Assembly: GCA_020348445.1 (NCBI GenBank)
Contig: CP070751.1
Location: 3,758,495 to 3,822,494 of the forward strand
Origin: Thermoplasmata archaeon
GTDB lineage: Archaea; Thermoplasmatota; Thermoplasmata; GCA-020350865
Direction: 5' to 3'
DNA: 64,000 bases
Below the pieces are notes generated by a model. The model ran no database searches, was not told the DNA's origin, and saw nothing but the letters and a program-made list of their open reading frames with translations. Made by a program: the position numbers and the translations under genes. The stretch's first letter is position 1. Each line of letters opens with the position of its first letter. Below are positions 9,012 through 19,158 of this stretch, piece after piece.

Positions 9012-10124
9012 ATGATGGAGAAGTTCAGATTCAGGGATAAGGACCTCGCAGATGAGATCTTTCAAAAATTAAAGGATATGAATTTGAATATCAGATTGAT
9101 GCATGTCTGCGGAACACATCAGGACACACTTGTGAGGTTCGGATTGGAGGAGAATCTTAATAAAGTTGGTGTGGAGATCAGACAGGGCCCTGGGTGCCCG
9201 GTTTGTGTTACCACTCCAAAAGAGATAGAGGAGGCCATACTCCTTTCCAAAAAGGGCAAGAAGCTTGTTGTATTCGGTGACATGATCAAGGTCCCTGGAG
9301 CCTCAGGTTCACTTGCTGACGCAAGAGCCAGGGGAGGAGATATTCAGATCGCATACGGAGTGGACGATGCTGTGAACATAGCCTCCCAGGTAGATAAAGA
9401 AGTTGTTTTCATGGCAGTGGGCTTTGAAACCACCATACCAAGCATCGCCATGGCAATTAAAAGGGTGCATGAAAAAAAGGAGAGCCAGTCTTCCAATTTC
9501 TCGATTCTAAGCTGCCACAGAATCGTGCCTCCCGCATTGAAGACATTGATTGAACTTGGAGAGGTGAAGTTGCACGGATTAATCGAGCCGGGCCATGTGA
9601 GCACAATAATAGGTGCTAGACCATACGAGTTCCTCTCGGAAAAGTACAACGTTCCCCAGGTAATCGCTGGCTTCGAACCACTGGATCTTCTTATGGGAAT
9701 TTACATGCTAGCCAGGCAGATAGAAAAAGGGGAGGCCAAGGTGGAGATCGAGTATACACGAAGCGTGAAATACGAGGGTAATCCCAAGGCAGTCTCTGTT
9801 ATAGACGAAGTTTTTGAGCCATTCGATATCAAATGGAGGGGATTTCCAGAAATTCCAGAAAGTGGACTTAGGCTTAAATCTGAATATGAGGATTATGACG
9901 CAAGACAACTCTTTGCAGAGGATCTAAAGGATATTGAGGACATGGAATTCTCCGAACCTGCGGGCTGCAAGTGTGGGGATGTGTTAAGAGGTGTGATATA
10001 TTCTGATGAATGCCCATTATTTGGAAAGGCCTGCACACCCGAACACCCTGTGGGGCCATGTATGGTGAGTGCCGAGGGAAGCTGTAATATTCTTTTGAAG
10101 TACGGAAGAAGAGGTAAAGAATAA
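9012..10124 (+). CDS. hypD: hydrogenase maturation protein HypD
   Basis: HVCGTH, GPGCPVC, GFETT, PGHVS, C-terminal CKCG...CPLFG...GPCMVSAEGSC. Confidence 0.98.
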   Translation: MMEKFRFRDKDLADEIFQKLKDMNLNIRLMHVCGTHQDTLVRFGLEENLNKVGVEIRQGPGCPVCVTTPKEIEEAILLSKKGKKLVVFGDMIKVPGASGSLADARARGGDIQIAYGVDDAVNIASQVDKEVVFMAVGFETTIPSIAMAIKRVHEKKESQSSNFSILSCHRIVPPALKTLIELGEVKLHGLIEPGHVSTIIGARPYEFLSEKYNVPQVIAGFEPLDLLMGIYMLARQIEKGEAKVEIEYTRSVKYEGNPKAVSVIDEVFEPFDIKWRGFPEIPESGLRLKSEYEDYDARQLFAEDLKDIEDMEFSEPAGCKCGDVLRGVIYSDECPLFGKACTPEHPVGPCMVSAEGSCNILLKYGRRGKE

Positions 10125-10191
10125 ATATCTGTTTTTTTTATCAAAACTAATTAGGATCAATAACTCATACAGCATGGTAAATCAATGGCAT

Positions 10192-10929
10192 TTAAAAAAG
10201 ACTGGCTTGCTGAAATTTCAATTCTTCATATTCTTGCTTCTCTATTATCTCAGGCACATTTGTATTTCCCTTTCTATATGAAATCATCTTAGATACAGTG
10301 TGCGCATCCAAAACAGAATCGTCGATAGGCTCCAGCATCGAGTTGATATCGTCCCTGGTGATGTCAGAGTCCAGCCAACGTCTCTCATCATCCAGTCTTA
10401 ATATCGCTGGCATCCTCTTTTTCTTGTTATGGATTTTTTCTAAAAGTGGGTTTGCTCTTGTGGTGATCACAGAAAAGGTATTGTATTTTTCATCTGTATC
10501 CTTGTTTGTCCATGTATCCCATATTCCGGCCATTGCGAAGGCTTCCTTGTCTGCCATTCTTATGTAATACGGATAATTCTTGCCCTTTACCTCTCTCCAC
10601 TCGAAAAAGCCATCTGCGATCACAAGGCATCTTTTATTTTTTATGGGTCCTCTAAATGAGGGCTTTTCAAATAATGTTTCGGCCCTTGCATTGAATGTTT
10701 TTGTTCTTATTTCATTTGCCTTTTCTTCATTTTTTATCCAAAATGGAATCAATCCCCATTTTAAGAACTGAATCAAGTTGACATTTTCGTTGGTTATCAC
10801 AGGAACATCCGGAATGGAAAAAGCAGAAACATGATAGGCCGGCTCGTACAATTCAGGGGCATCGAACTTGGCATCAAAGCGCTCCTCAAGGCGATCGCTT
10901 TTTAAAGCAAATGAGATGTCGAAACACAT
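10192..10929 (-). CDS. SRAP/HMCES (YedK-like) abasic-site processing protein
   Basis: True start MC(F) at 10929 gives the catalytic Cys2; WGLIPFW, TFNARAET, RCLVIADGFFEW, IHNKKKRMPAIL. Confidence 0.92.
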   Translation of the reverse strand: MCFDISFALKSDRLEERFDAKFDAPELYEPAYHVSAFSIPDVPVITNENVNLIQFLKWGLIPFWIKNEEKANEIRTKTFNARAETLFEKPSFRGPIKNKRCLVIADGFFEWREVKGKNYPYYIRMADKEAFAMAGIWDTWTNKDTDEKYNTFSVITTRANPLLEKIHNKKKRMPAILRLDDERRWLDSDITRDDINSMLEPIDDSVLDAHTVSKMISYRKGNTNVPEIIEKQEYEELKFQQASLF

Positions 10930-10930
10930 T

Positions 10931-11299
10931 TTATTTACCTCCTTTTTTCTTCTTTTTTTCCTTTGGTGGCAGTGACGAGACATAGTTCACAGACCTGTTA
11001 AGCCAGAATGAGAATTGCTTCTTATTATTAAAAAGGGACTTTGGAACAACGACATACTCCTTCATAAGCCTCCCGCTTACAGGCTCAAAGGGCACCACTT
11101 CATCATGCTCATTTTTAATTCTTTCCCTATCCTCTTCAGATAATCTGATAAACAAATTTTCCTCGAAGGTACCGCAGAACATGTTGTTGTTTATAAAATA
11201 CGTTGGAAATCCGAACATTTTTCTCTTTTGGCATTCCACATCAGTTAAGCTCTTTTCGAGAAAGGAAGTCAATTCTTCAGGGGATTTTTTCCAGGCCAT
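10931..11299 (-). CDS. TfoX/Sxy N-terminal domain protein
   Basis: KRKMFGFPTYFINNNMFCG...LFIRL...PFEPVSGRLMKEYVVVP pattern. Confidence 0.8.
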   Translation of the reverse strand: MAWKKSPEELTSFLEKSLTDVECQKRKMFGFPTYFINNNMFCGTFEENLFIRLSEEDRERIKNEHDEVVPFEPVSGRLMKEYVVVPKSLFNNKKQFSFWLNRSVNYVSSLPPKEKKKKKGGK

Positions 11300-11343
11300 G
11301 ATATCATATTTCCTTAATTATAAAGTCATATTTAAGTTTATTT

Positions 11344-12954
11344 TTACCTGGCCACAAGCCAAACAATCCCGATTTCATAGCTGTAATCATTTCCACTATC
11401 CGTGGATCCAGTTATCCCAAAGGGATCTTCTTGATCTCCTGCATCCTCAAGGCTTATTGTCACTGTAACTTCGTATTCATCGCCTTCATTTGCAATGACA
11501 TTAGCAATATCCTCTATGGTGAAAGAAAGTTCAGTAGAAACACTTCCCTCCTCTCCATGGGCATTGGAACCAGTATCCTCGGAAGAAGTATTGAGGCCGG
11601 ATATGATAACGTTAAATGTGTCTGGCTGGTTTTCATATGAAATTATAATACCTCCCCCATCAGGTTCATCTGTCCAAGTAACTGTTATCGTGACTTCTTT
11701 GAGGTACCTATCTTTTTCAGATCTAAAAGACATTGTTTTTGATTGTCCTTCACCTAGAGAGCCGGAACCTGTTTCTAGCTCTGCGGACGCTATAAGTGAT
11801 TCCAAATATCCAACATCTGCACCACCACCTCCTCCGCCATAATACATCTTGGAAAGGTCAGTTTCTCCAAAGGCATGTGTTATGCCCACAAAAGCGCTGC
11901 ACACCACCATACAAAAGGCAACCAAGATGGCTAAAGTTGTAGTTACTGGCTTTTTCTCAAAATCGTGATCATGTACAAAGTCTTGCAGGGATAGGAATAT
12001 TCCCCCGAATGCAGGTTCACCCCGTCTGTGAGGCTGCCAATAATATTTGTGGATGAAATAGAAAAACAGAATCATAATTGCGTCGGCAATGAGGCTGGTT
12101 CCTATGTTTACCAATGAATAGGTTGCAGGGTCCATTGATGTTTCTGCACTTTGAAAATAGAAAACCGAAAGCTGCCAGTTGCCCATGCCGTGCATGACTA
12201 TGCAGGCAAAGATATTTCTTGAATAGATATAAAGAACCCCGAACACGAAGCCAGCCGATATCCAACCCCAAAGGGCAGCCACAAATATATGGGGAGGAAG
12301 TTCATAGACAAAAAGGGCGATTGGAATATGGCTGCATCCAAACAAAACAGAAGAGAAAAACAGGGCCTGCCAATTTGGTAAAACCCGGGCTGACTGGTCC
12401 TGGGCAAAGCTTCTAAATTCCAGCTCCTCCACAGGCCCAACTACAAAGAACTGGACGAAGGTCATTATACTGAACAATAATGGCGGGTCCAGTAAATTGA
12501 AGAATGTCATGGTTCCAGGTGCGGTTCCCCCTGCTGCACCTGCCAATGCATCGTATCCAAATTCCTCTAAAAGACGCCACATGATGGCCCCTATGAAGCC
12601 AACTATGATTCCGCTCATAAGAAGTTTTTTCGTGAACTTAAATGGTAGGCCCCTTTCCTTTCTAACGTAGCGCCAGAAAACCAGAATCGGGATAAGATGT
12701 ATCGTGGGTGAGAAAATGATATGGGCAATATAGAACTTAAGACTACCAAAGGGACTGATATAAGGTGCACTTATGTTTCTATATACTGCCCAAATACATA
12801 TTTGGACTATAATCACTCCTAAAATCAGCAATACATACTGCTGTTTTCCAGGAAGAGGCTTTTCACCTTTTGATGGTACACCATACCACTTGTTATCTTC
12901 CTGGATTTCTTCCTTAATATCTGTAGAACTAGTTTCTTCGGAGCCCTCCATCAA
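11344..12954 (-). CDS. CPBP/Abi (Rce1-like) intramembrane metalloprotease with C-terminal acidic extracellular domain
   Basis: VEELEFRSF, FGCSH and HGMGN motifs; many TMs; ~170-aa acidic beta-rich tail after a Gly6 linker. Confidence 0.85.
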   Translation of the reverse strand: MMEGSEETSSTDIKEEIQEDNKWYGVPSKGEKPLPGKQQYVLLILGVIIVQICIWAVYRNISAPYISPFGSLKFYIAHIIFSPTIHLIPILVFWRYVRKERGLPFKFTKKLLMSGIIVGFIGAIMWRLLEEFGYDALAGAAGGTAPGTMTFFNLLDPPLLFSIMTFVQFFVVGPVEELEFRSFAQDQSARVLPNWQALFFSSVLFGCSHIPIALFVYELPPHIFVAALWGWISAGFVFGVLYIYSRNIFACIVMHGMGNWQLSVFYFQSAETSMDPATYSLVNIGTSLIADAIMILFFYFIHKYYWQPHRRGEPAFGGIFLSLQDFVHDHDFEKKPVTTTLAILVAFCMVVCSAFVGITHAFGETDLSKMYYGGGGGGADVGYLESLIASAELETGSGSLGEGQSKTMSFRSEKDRYLKEVTITVTWTDEPDGGGIIISYENQPDTFNVIISGLNTSSEDTGSNAHGEEGSVSTELSFTIEDIANVIANEGDEYEVTVTISLEDAGDQEDPFGITGSTDSGNDYSYEIGIVWLVAR

Positions 12955-13138
12955 CTGTGCCCCCGGAATTCAATATCCAAATTCATACTCAGCGCTCTCA
13001 TCCTCATAATAAGCGTTACTTGCCCATAAACTCTTCGCCATTCTTTTTCCGATGGACATCACCTTTTACATACAGTTTGTTAAGCCAAAAAATTGTTCTA
13101 CCACCTCATCCAACTCGTTATTTTCTCGCTAAACTGAT

Positions 13139-13699
13139 CTAACTTTTATCTAATCCCATGGCCTTTGCATTTGGACACATTATCTTTGCTCTGCAGTGGA
13201 CACATGCTGTCTTTCTAAACACAACTAACATTCGGAACAAGAGCAACCCCACAACCATTATGAATACACCCAAAAGTAAGATCGAGAAGTCAATAATCAA
13301 GGCTGGGATTATGGCAACGATGGGAATAAAAAGGGAAGCCATATACAGTTTGTTATGGCTGAACCCTCCAGCTCGTTTTGGGAAGTTCTTTAAGTCACCT
13401 TCCTTTGCAATTTTCCTTGAAACAAGGTTCAATCCCGATGTGCAAACCGAATTTTTAAGTTTGTAGTATATACAATTTGGGCACACGGTAAGGGGCATAA
13501 TAACATACATCTGGGTAAATGCAAATACGAGGTATATGATCCCCAATAAGATACCCAAACCTGTGAAGTGATAACCAAGTATTATGCCGATACTTCCAAG
13601 TGAATAATGAAAAATCGTAACTCCATTGTATATTATTATATTTGGCAATGGATATCTCGTATAAAGCTCTGCTTTTGGAATATGTTCTGCCTCATTCAT
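13139..13699 (-). CDS. hypothetical 4-TM protein with two Cys clusters
   Basis: CPNC-x9-C and CVHC-x5-CP flanking TM pairs. Confidence 0.7.
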   Translation of the reverse strand: MNEAEHIPKAELYTRYPLPNIIIYNGVTIFHYSLGSIGIILGYHFTGLGILLGIIYLVFAFTQMYVIMPLTVCPNCIYYKLKNSVCTSGLNLVSRKIAKEGDLKNFPKRAGGFSHNKLYMASLFIPIVAIIPALIIDFSILLLGVFIMVVGLLLFRMLVVFRKTACVHCRAKIMCPNAKAMGLDKS

Positions 13700-13856
13700 T
13701 TTTATTCCTGCAATCTAATTACTATATCACTCGGCACAGGCAAAGAGCTTTATTTTGTTTTCGCTCTTCTTTAAATAATTTAGTACACAACAAAATGCTA
13801 GATAAAAATAGAATCCAAGTAAGTAAGAATTTATTTCCAACATATATAATCAAATA

Positions 13857-14921
13857 TCAGCATATCCTTGGAACAGGGTCCCCAATAGGCATATCCACTA
13901 TTCTCTTCCCGCCTACCGAGGTATTTAAAATAACTATTTCCTCACCTTTTTTTACTTCACCAATTATTGAAGCATCCTTACCCTCTTGAGTTTTTTTCAA
14001 AACCTCCACAACGTCCTCGGCCTTCTCAGAAACCACCGCCATCACGGCTTTCCCCTCATTTGCTATGTTCAGCACCTCGATTCCCAGCATCTCACATGCT
14101 GCAATAACAGGTTCTTTAATTGGTATATCATTTTCGTTGATATCTATGTTCACCTTGGATTTTTGGCTCCATTCATTCAGGGTATTGGCAAGTCCACCTC
14201 TTGTTGGATCTTTCATGGCAACGATGCCACCCACCTCCAAAGCCTTGGATATCATAAAGTTGAGTGGACATGAATCGCTCTCTAACTTGGTTTCATAACC
14301 ATAACCTTCCCTTGTTGAGAGGACGGTAATGCCATGATCCCCGATACTTCCAGATATGATGATCTTATCCCCCTCTCTAAGATTAGAATCAAGGAGCCAT
14401 TTTCCCTCAAACTCCCGAAACTTCTTTACCTCTTCTATATTGGAATCCAAATGTCGCGACCTTTTTCCAATGCCTGAGGTATTTATGCATATCTTATCCA
14501 AAGCTCCCTTCTCCATGACTTTTGTATCTCCAGTAATTATTGGGATACCTGTCTCCTTTGAGACTTTTCCCACACTATCAAGTATCTTATCAAGATCAGA
14601 AATTAAAAGTCCCTCTTCAAGAATCAGGCCTAGGGATAGAGCAAGAGGTTGTGCACCCATGACTGATATATCGTTAATGGTGCCTGAAACAGCCAAATGG
14701 CCGATATCCCCTCCTGGAAAAAAGATGGGCTTTACAACGTAAGAGTCGGTGGTAAAGATGATCCCCTCGATAATTCCAGCATCTTCCAAATCCTCGAGGG
14801 GAATTTCAATATCCCCATCTGATTTTACACCTGAAACCCGGTTTAAAATATTCTTTGCAATCAACTTCTGCATCACGGCCCCGCCGGCACCATGGGACAG
14901 TGTTATACGGTCTTCACCCAT
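13857..14921 (-). CDS. hypE: hydrogenase maturation carbamoyl dehydratase HypE
   Basis: ITLSHGAGG, TDSYVVKPIFFPGGDIG, MKDPTRGGLA, C-terminal PRIC. Confidence 0.98.
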   Translation of the reverse strand: MGEDRITLSHGAGGAVMQKLIAKNILNRVSGVKSDGDIEIPLEDLEDAGIIEGIIFTTDSYVVKPIFFPGGDIGHLAVSGTINDISVMGAQPLALSLGLILEEGLLISDLDKILDSVGKVSKETGIPIITGDTKVMEKGALDKICINTSGIGKRSRHLDSNIEEVKKFREFEGKWLLDSNLREGDKIIISGSIGDHGITVLSTREGYGYETKLESDSCPLNFMISKALEVGGIVAMKDPTRGGLANTLNEWSQKSKVNIDINENDIPIKEPVIAACEMLGIEVLNIANEGKAVMAVVSEKAEDVVEVLKKTQEGKDASIIGEVKKGEEIVILNTSVGGKRIVDMPIGDPVPRIC

Positions 14922-14991
14922 TTAAACCACTCGCATAAAGGATTTTTATGTTCTTTGCCCAATGGAAGAAAAGGTAAGAAGAAATTAGGAA

Positions 14992-15252
14992 CTAAGCTGG
15001 TGGGGCTTCTCCCTCAACCACGACCTCGGTTACCACCCTTCGGGTATACACGTGAGGCTTTCCCCCTTCATCCTCGATTATCATTGCCTCGAAATTATCT
15101 TTTTTATATGCCTCTTCCGCTTTTTTTGCGTGTTCCATACCCTCGTAATCTTCTCCGTCCCACATGAATTTCTTTCCGTCTATGATTTTGAAGCTGTCGG
15201 GCATTACTCTCATCCCCCAGTTGAATTTTCGGCCGTGTATTATCTTCATCAT
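14992..15252 (-). CDS. small hypothetical protein in the protease-hypE operon
   Basis: 86 aa (70 aa if it starts at ATG 15204); internal repeat KIIHGRKFNWG / KIIDGKKFMWDG. Confidence 0.65.
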   Translation of the reverse strand: MMKIIHGRKFNWGMRVMPDSFKIIDGKKFMWDGEDYEGMEHAKKAEEAYKKDNFEAMIIEDEGGKPHVYTRRVVTEVVVEGEAPPA

Positions 15253-15285
15253 ATATCATTTTTGCTGACTTTTAAGTGTAAAATA

Positions 15286-15801
15286 TTAAAAGAATTTTTC
15301 CTCGATTAATTTACACATCTCACCAACTTTTTCTTCCAAGGTTTTTGATAATCCGGGCTCAACCTCTTCTGGTATCTTCTCCACCTGACAAGAGAGTATC
15401 CTCACATCCACATTACAAAGATCCCTAAGCTCCCTTAAAAGATTGGATGTTGGCATTTGATGCATGGAGAAATCATCGATTTTATTCTCAGGAAGCTCCT
15501 CCAAATCGATTTCAAATATCTCTCCGTAAGGCCTTCCAAAATCCACTGCATCAACTATGATTATGGTATCGGGTCTTTGTTCGTCCAAGGTGATGTTGAA
15601 CAACAATTCCCTCACAGAAAGACCTGCATTGATCACATACACATTCTCTGGGATTTTGTAGTTCTTTTGAAGCTCCTCTACAACTGCAGACCCGAAACCA
15701 TCATCTCCAAATAGGATGTTTCCGCACCCAAAGATCACTATAGATTTTCCCTTGTATTCTGGCATATCATCCAAATAAGGAACCTCCCAGCTCCGACACA
15801 T
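15286..15801 (-). CDS. [NiFe]-hydrogenase maturation endopeptidase (HycI/FrhD-like)
   Basis: GCGNILFGDDGFG, IIVDAVD, FSMHQ motifs. Confidence 0.93.
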   Translation of the reverse strand: MCRSWEVPYLDDMPEYKGKSIVIFGCGNILFGDDGFGSAVVEELQKNYKIPENVYVINAGLSVRELLFNITLDEQRPDTIIIVDAVDFGRPYGEIFEIDLEELPENKIDDFSMHQMPTSNLLRELRDLCNVDVRILSCQVEKIPEEVEPGLSKTLEEKVGEMCKLIEEKFF

Positions 15802-15970
15802 CTGTACTTCTAATAAAGTTTATGGTCGATTCAAGGATTTTTATAGGTTTCTATTTTCCCCCGTTCTGAAGGATAACAAACATAATAAAGCCATAATGAA
15901 ACGATTTCAGTTAGTTTATCAAATATTTATACCATATTTCGTCAGTAATATATCGGTATGCGTAGTAGCT

Positions 15971-15978
15971 TTTATATA
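15971..15978 (+). promoter_or_regulatory. TATA box for mvhGA
   Basis: TTTATATA ~45 nt upstream of ATG, followed by a GGAGGG SD at 16011. Confidence 0.5.
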
Positions 15979-16021
15979 CTTTCAAGCTATACCCATTCCT
16001 ACCTTCGGAAGGAGGGAGATG

Positions 16022-16972
16022 ATGGTAAAAGTAGCAGAAGAATGGCTAAACATTTGTGGCGGTTGTGAAGTGACTGTTTTGGACATCGGCGAACCCTTGC
16101 TGGATTTGCTTCCATCCTTGGATTTCGTTCACATACCAGTGCTCATGGACCATAAGTACTTTGGACAGACTGGTGAGGATGATCCCAATGTGATACAGAT
16201 TCCAGAGGCAGACGTAGGGATTATCTCCGGCGGCATTAGAAATGAGAAGGAAAAGCATGTTGCCGAAGCCATGCGTAAAAGCTGTAAGACCTTGATTGCT
16301 CTGGGCTCTTGTGCATGCTTTGGTGGTATCCCTGCATTGGCAAACATGTATACCTTAGATGATCTGACCAACAAAGTGTACAGAGAATCAATGACTACTG
16401 AGTCAGCTGATACCCCCTCGGACAACTTACCTCCTCTTTTAGACAGGGTTTATGCAGTGGACGAAGTCGTAAAAGTGGACCTTCAAATCCCAGGGTGTCC
16501 AACAAATCCGGGACTTCTCGTTGAAGCTTTGACTGCGCTTTTAGAGGGTAAACCCTTCACTTTGCCAGAAAGGAGCGTATGCGATGATTGCCCTGTAAAA
16601 AGGGAGAAGAAGGCTGAAGTGGCAATAAAACGGCCCTTGCAGGATGCACAGTTCACCCCAGGTCAGTACGAGAGCATGAGATGCTTTAACGAACAGGGAA
16701 TACTATGCTTAGGTCCAGTGACAAAATCAGGATGCGGCAAGCCCTACGAAGAAGGGGATGCCATGGTTCCACGCTGTGTCAAGGGTTACATGCCCTGTAG
16801 AGGTTGCTTCGGACCCATAAGAAAAGGCGCAAATCCACTTGTGGATATGATGAGCGCAATGTCAAGCATTGGTTTGGATGCCAAACAGGTAGATGACAGA
16901 CGAGCACTCCTAAACAGATATATTGGAGGACAGAAGAGATTAAGGCCCTTACCTGCGAGGCCACCGAGGTGA
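16022..16972 (+). CDS. mvhG: Mvh-type [NiFe] hydrogenase small subunit
   Basis: EWLNICGGCE, ALGSCACFGGIPAL, IPGCP, CDDC, CLGPVTKSGC, CRGCFGP; start set at the ATG after the SD (track start 15896 is too long). Confidence 0.93.
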   Translation: MVKVAEEWLNICGGCEVTVLDIGEPLLDLLPSLDFVHIPVLMDHKYFGQTGEDDPNVIQIPEADVGIISGGIRNEKEKHVAEAMRKSCKTLIALGSCACFGGIPALANMYTLDDLTNKVYRESMTTESADTPSDNLPPLLDRVYAVDEVVKVDLQIPGCPTNPGLLVEALTALLEGKPFTLPERSVCDDCPVKREKKAEVAIKRPLQDAQFTPGQYESMRCFNEQGILCLGPVTKSGCGKPYEEGDAMVPRCVKGYMPCRGCFGPIRKGANPLVDMMSAMSSIGLDAKQVDDRRALLNRYIGGQKRLRPLPARPPR

Positions 16973-16977
16973 TATGA

Positions 16978-18423
16978 ATGGGAAAAACACTAACAATAGC
17001 ACCGGTTTCAAGACTTGAAGGACACGCAAAAGTGACCATAAATTTGGATGATGCAGGCAATGTTGCAGACACCTTCGTAAATGTGGTGGAATTAAGAGGA
17101 TTCGAGAAGTTCTGCATTGGAAGACCAGTGGAGGAGCTGCCCAGAATAACCACCAGTATATGCGGTGTCTGCCCGTGGTCCCATCATCTTGCCTCGGCAA
17201 AGGCAAATGATGCGGTATTCGGGGTTCAGCCACCACCTGCAGGCGCGAAACTAAGAGACCTTTGCAACAGTATAGCCTATACAGAAGAGCATATCCTGCA
17301 CTTCTATTTCCTGGCAGGTGCGGACTTTGTCATGGGCCCGTCAGCTGCATATGCGGTAAGGAATGTGATAGGCATTGCAGGGCAACATCCAGATATCGCG
17401 AAGACGGTGGTTCGTAATCGTCATCTTGGGGCAAGGATGCTTGAGATTATCTCGGGCAAGGCTATACATCCAGTAACTGCCGTGCCTGGAGGTTATAGCA
17501 AACCGCTCACCGAGGATGAGAGACAGAAAGTGCTACCCATGGCGGAAGAGGTACTGGAATTTGCCAAGTTCACAATCAAGTATGCAAAGGAGAACATCTT
17601 CCCCAAGTACTTGGATACAGTGAAAACATTGGGTGTGATCAAAACCGGTTTTCTGGGTACCATTGCCGAGGACGGTTCTTTGAACTGTTATGATGGAAAA
17701 CTACGCATGATGAAACCTGACGGTAGCTACGAGGACTTCACTTACGAGGAGTACACAGATCATATTGGCGAGAAGGTTCTTCCCTGGAGCTACCTGAAAT
17801 TCCCGTATGCTAAAAAATGGGGTGAAGGCTTCGACATGAATCTGGAAGCTCCAAAGGGTATCTATCGAACCAATACGTTGGCAAGAATAAACGTAGCAGA
17901 CAAGATGGCAACACCACTGGCACAGGAAGAATTCACAGAATTTAGGAACCAGTTCGGAAGACCAGCCCAATTGACCCTACTCTATCACTGGGCCAGGCTC
18001 ATTGAGCTACTGTATCATGCAGAGCACATGGTAGAGCTACTAAACGACCCAGAGATTACAAGCACTGAAACAAGAGTTGCGGTCACTCCAAGAGCTGCAA
18101 GAGGTATAGGTTGCACTGAGGCACCAAGAGGAACACTCATCCATGATTACGAGACTGACGAAAAGGGTATGATAAAGAACGTGAACCTTATCGTCGGTAC
18201 AACCCACAACAACGCACCGATAAACATGTCAGTGAAACAAGCAGCTACAACCCTGATAAAGGGCGGTGCTTACGACGAGGGCATACTGAATCAGGTGGAA
18301 ATGAGCATAAGGGCTTATGACCCGTGTCTCTCGTGCGCCACCCACAACCTTGACGGCACCATACCAGTAAAACTGGATATAATCGACCACAAGGGAAAAC
18401 TCATAAAAACCTTTAAAAACTAA
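16978..18423 (+). CDS. mvhA: Mvh-type (group 3c-like) [NiFe] hydrogenase large subunit
   Basis: SRLEGHAK; L1 ICGVCPWSH; L2 RAYDPCLSCATH followed by a cleavable C-terminal extension; all ligands are Cys, no Sec. Confidence 0.96.
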   Translation: MGKTLTIAPVSRLEGHAKVTINLDDAGNVADTFVNVVELRGFEKFCIGRPVEELPRITTSICGVCPWSHHLASAKANDAVFGVQPPPAGAKLRDLCNSIAYTEEHILHFYFLAGADFVMGPSAAYAVRNVIGIAGQHPDIAKTVVRNRHLGARMLEIISGKAIHPVTAVPGGYSKPLTEDERQKVLPMAEEVLEFAKFTIKYAKENIFPKYLDTVKTLGVIKTGFLGTIAEDGSLNCYDGKLRMMKPDGSYEDFTYEEYTDHIGEKVLPWSYLKFPYAKKWGEGFDMNLEAPKGIYRTNTLARINVADKMATPLAQEEFTEFRNQFGRPAQLTLLYHWARLIELLYHAEHMVELLNDPEITSTETRVAVTPRAARGIGCTEAPRGTLIHDYETDEKGMIKNVNLIVGTTHNNAPINMSVKQAATTLIKGGAYDEGILNQVEMSIRAYDPCLSCATHNLDGTIPVKLDIIDHKGKLIKTFKN

Positions 18424-18430
18424 ACTCCAA

Positions 18431-18457
18431 TCTTTTTTCTTTTTTTTATTTTTCTCT
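18431..18457 (+). terminator. U-rich archaeal terminator after mvhA
   Basis: tcttttttctttttttatttttctct-type T-rich tract directly after the stop. Confidence 0.65.
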
Positions 18458-18470
18458 AATTATACCCTAT

Positions 18471-18896
18471 TTAGGAGGCTATATCAACGATCTTTACTTT
18501 AAAGTTCAAAACCTTTCCTGCTAATGGATGGTTTATATCCACAGTTATCCATTGCTCTGTTACATCCAATATCTTCACAGGTATCTGCATACCCGCGGGT
18601 AGGGTGGTAATCAGAATCATTCCCGGCCTGATATGTTCTGGAACCCGCTCTCTTGGAGCTTTTAGAATTAACTGAGGATTATGTTCACCATATGCATCCT
18701 CTGGTTTTATTTTGAATTCCTTTTCTTCCCCATTTTCCATTCCTATCACGGCTTTTTCAAAGCCAGGTAGCATATACCCTATACCAACTTCAAATTCCAA
18801 TGGTTCTCCATTTATTTTGGAGCTATCAAATACAACTCCATCATCGAACCTTCCTTCAAATTCGACCCTGATAATATCTCCTTTTTTAATGGACAT
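18471..18896 (-). CDS. slyD: FKBP-type PPIase, SlyD-like (no His-rich tail)
   Basis: VFDSS...PLEFEVG...PGFEKAVIGM...AYGE...DINHPLAGKVLNF. Confidence 0.92.
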   Translation of the reverse strand: MSIKKGDIIRVEFEGRFDDGVVFDSSKINGEPLEFEVGIGYMLPGFEKAVIGMENGEEKEFKIKPEDAYGEHNPQLILKAPRERVPEHIRPGMILITTLPAGMQIPVKILDVTEQWITVDINHPLAGKVLNFKVKIVDIAS

Positions 18897-19158
18897 TTTA
18901 CCGACTCCTTAAGGGTAAAAATGGAAAATACCCTTTTTTCAACATCAGTTACTGTTTTCATTTGATGTTATATAATTATTTGTTCCCCATTTCCATTTTC
19001 GAATATCAATTTTAAAAATATCATTGGAATCATGAGATTATAAGTGAAAATTTTAAAAACCTTCAAAAACCAAATCCAAACCTTATTTTTTTTAAATCTT
19101 TATCTATCTTGAAGTAAAGATTCTATTGATTTAAATCGTATATTCGGTCAAAAGAAAA

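Noticed and set aside
15896-16021. N-terminal hydrophobic extension (signal/TM) on MvhG
   Set aside because: It spans the TATA box and SD of the real start at 16019/16022 and has no twin-arginine motif.
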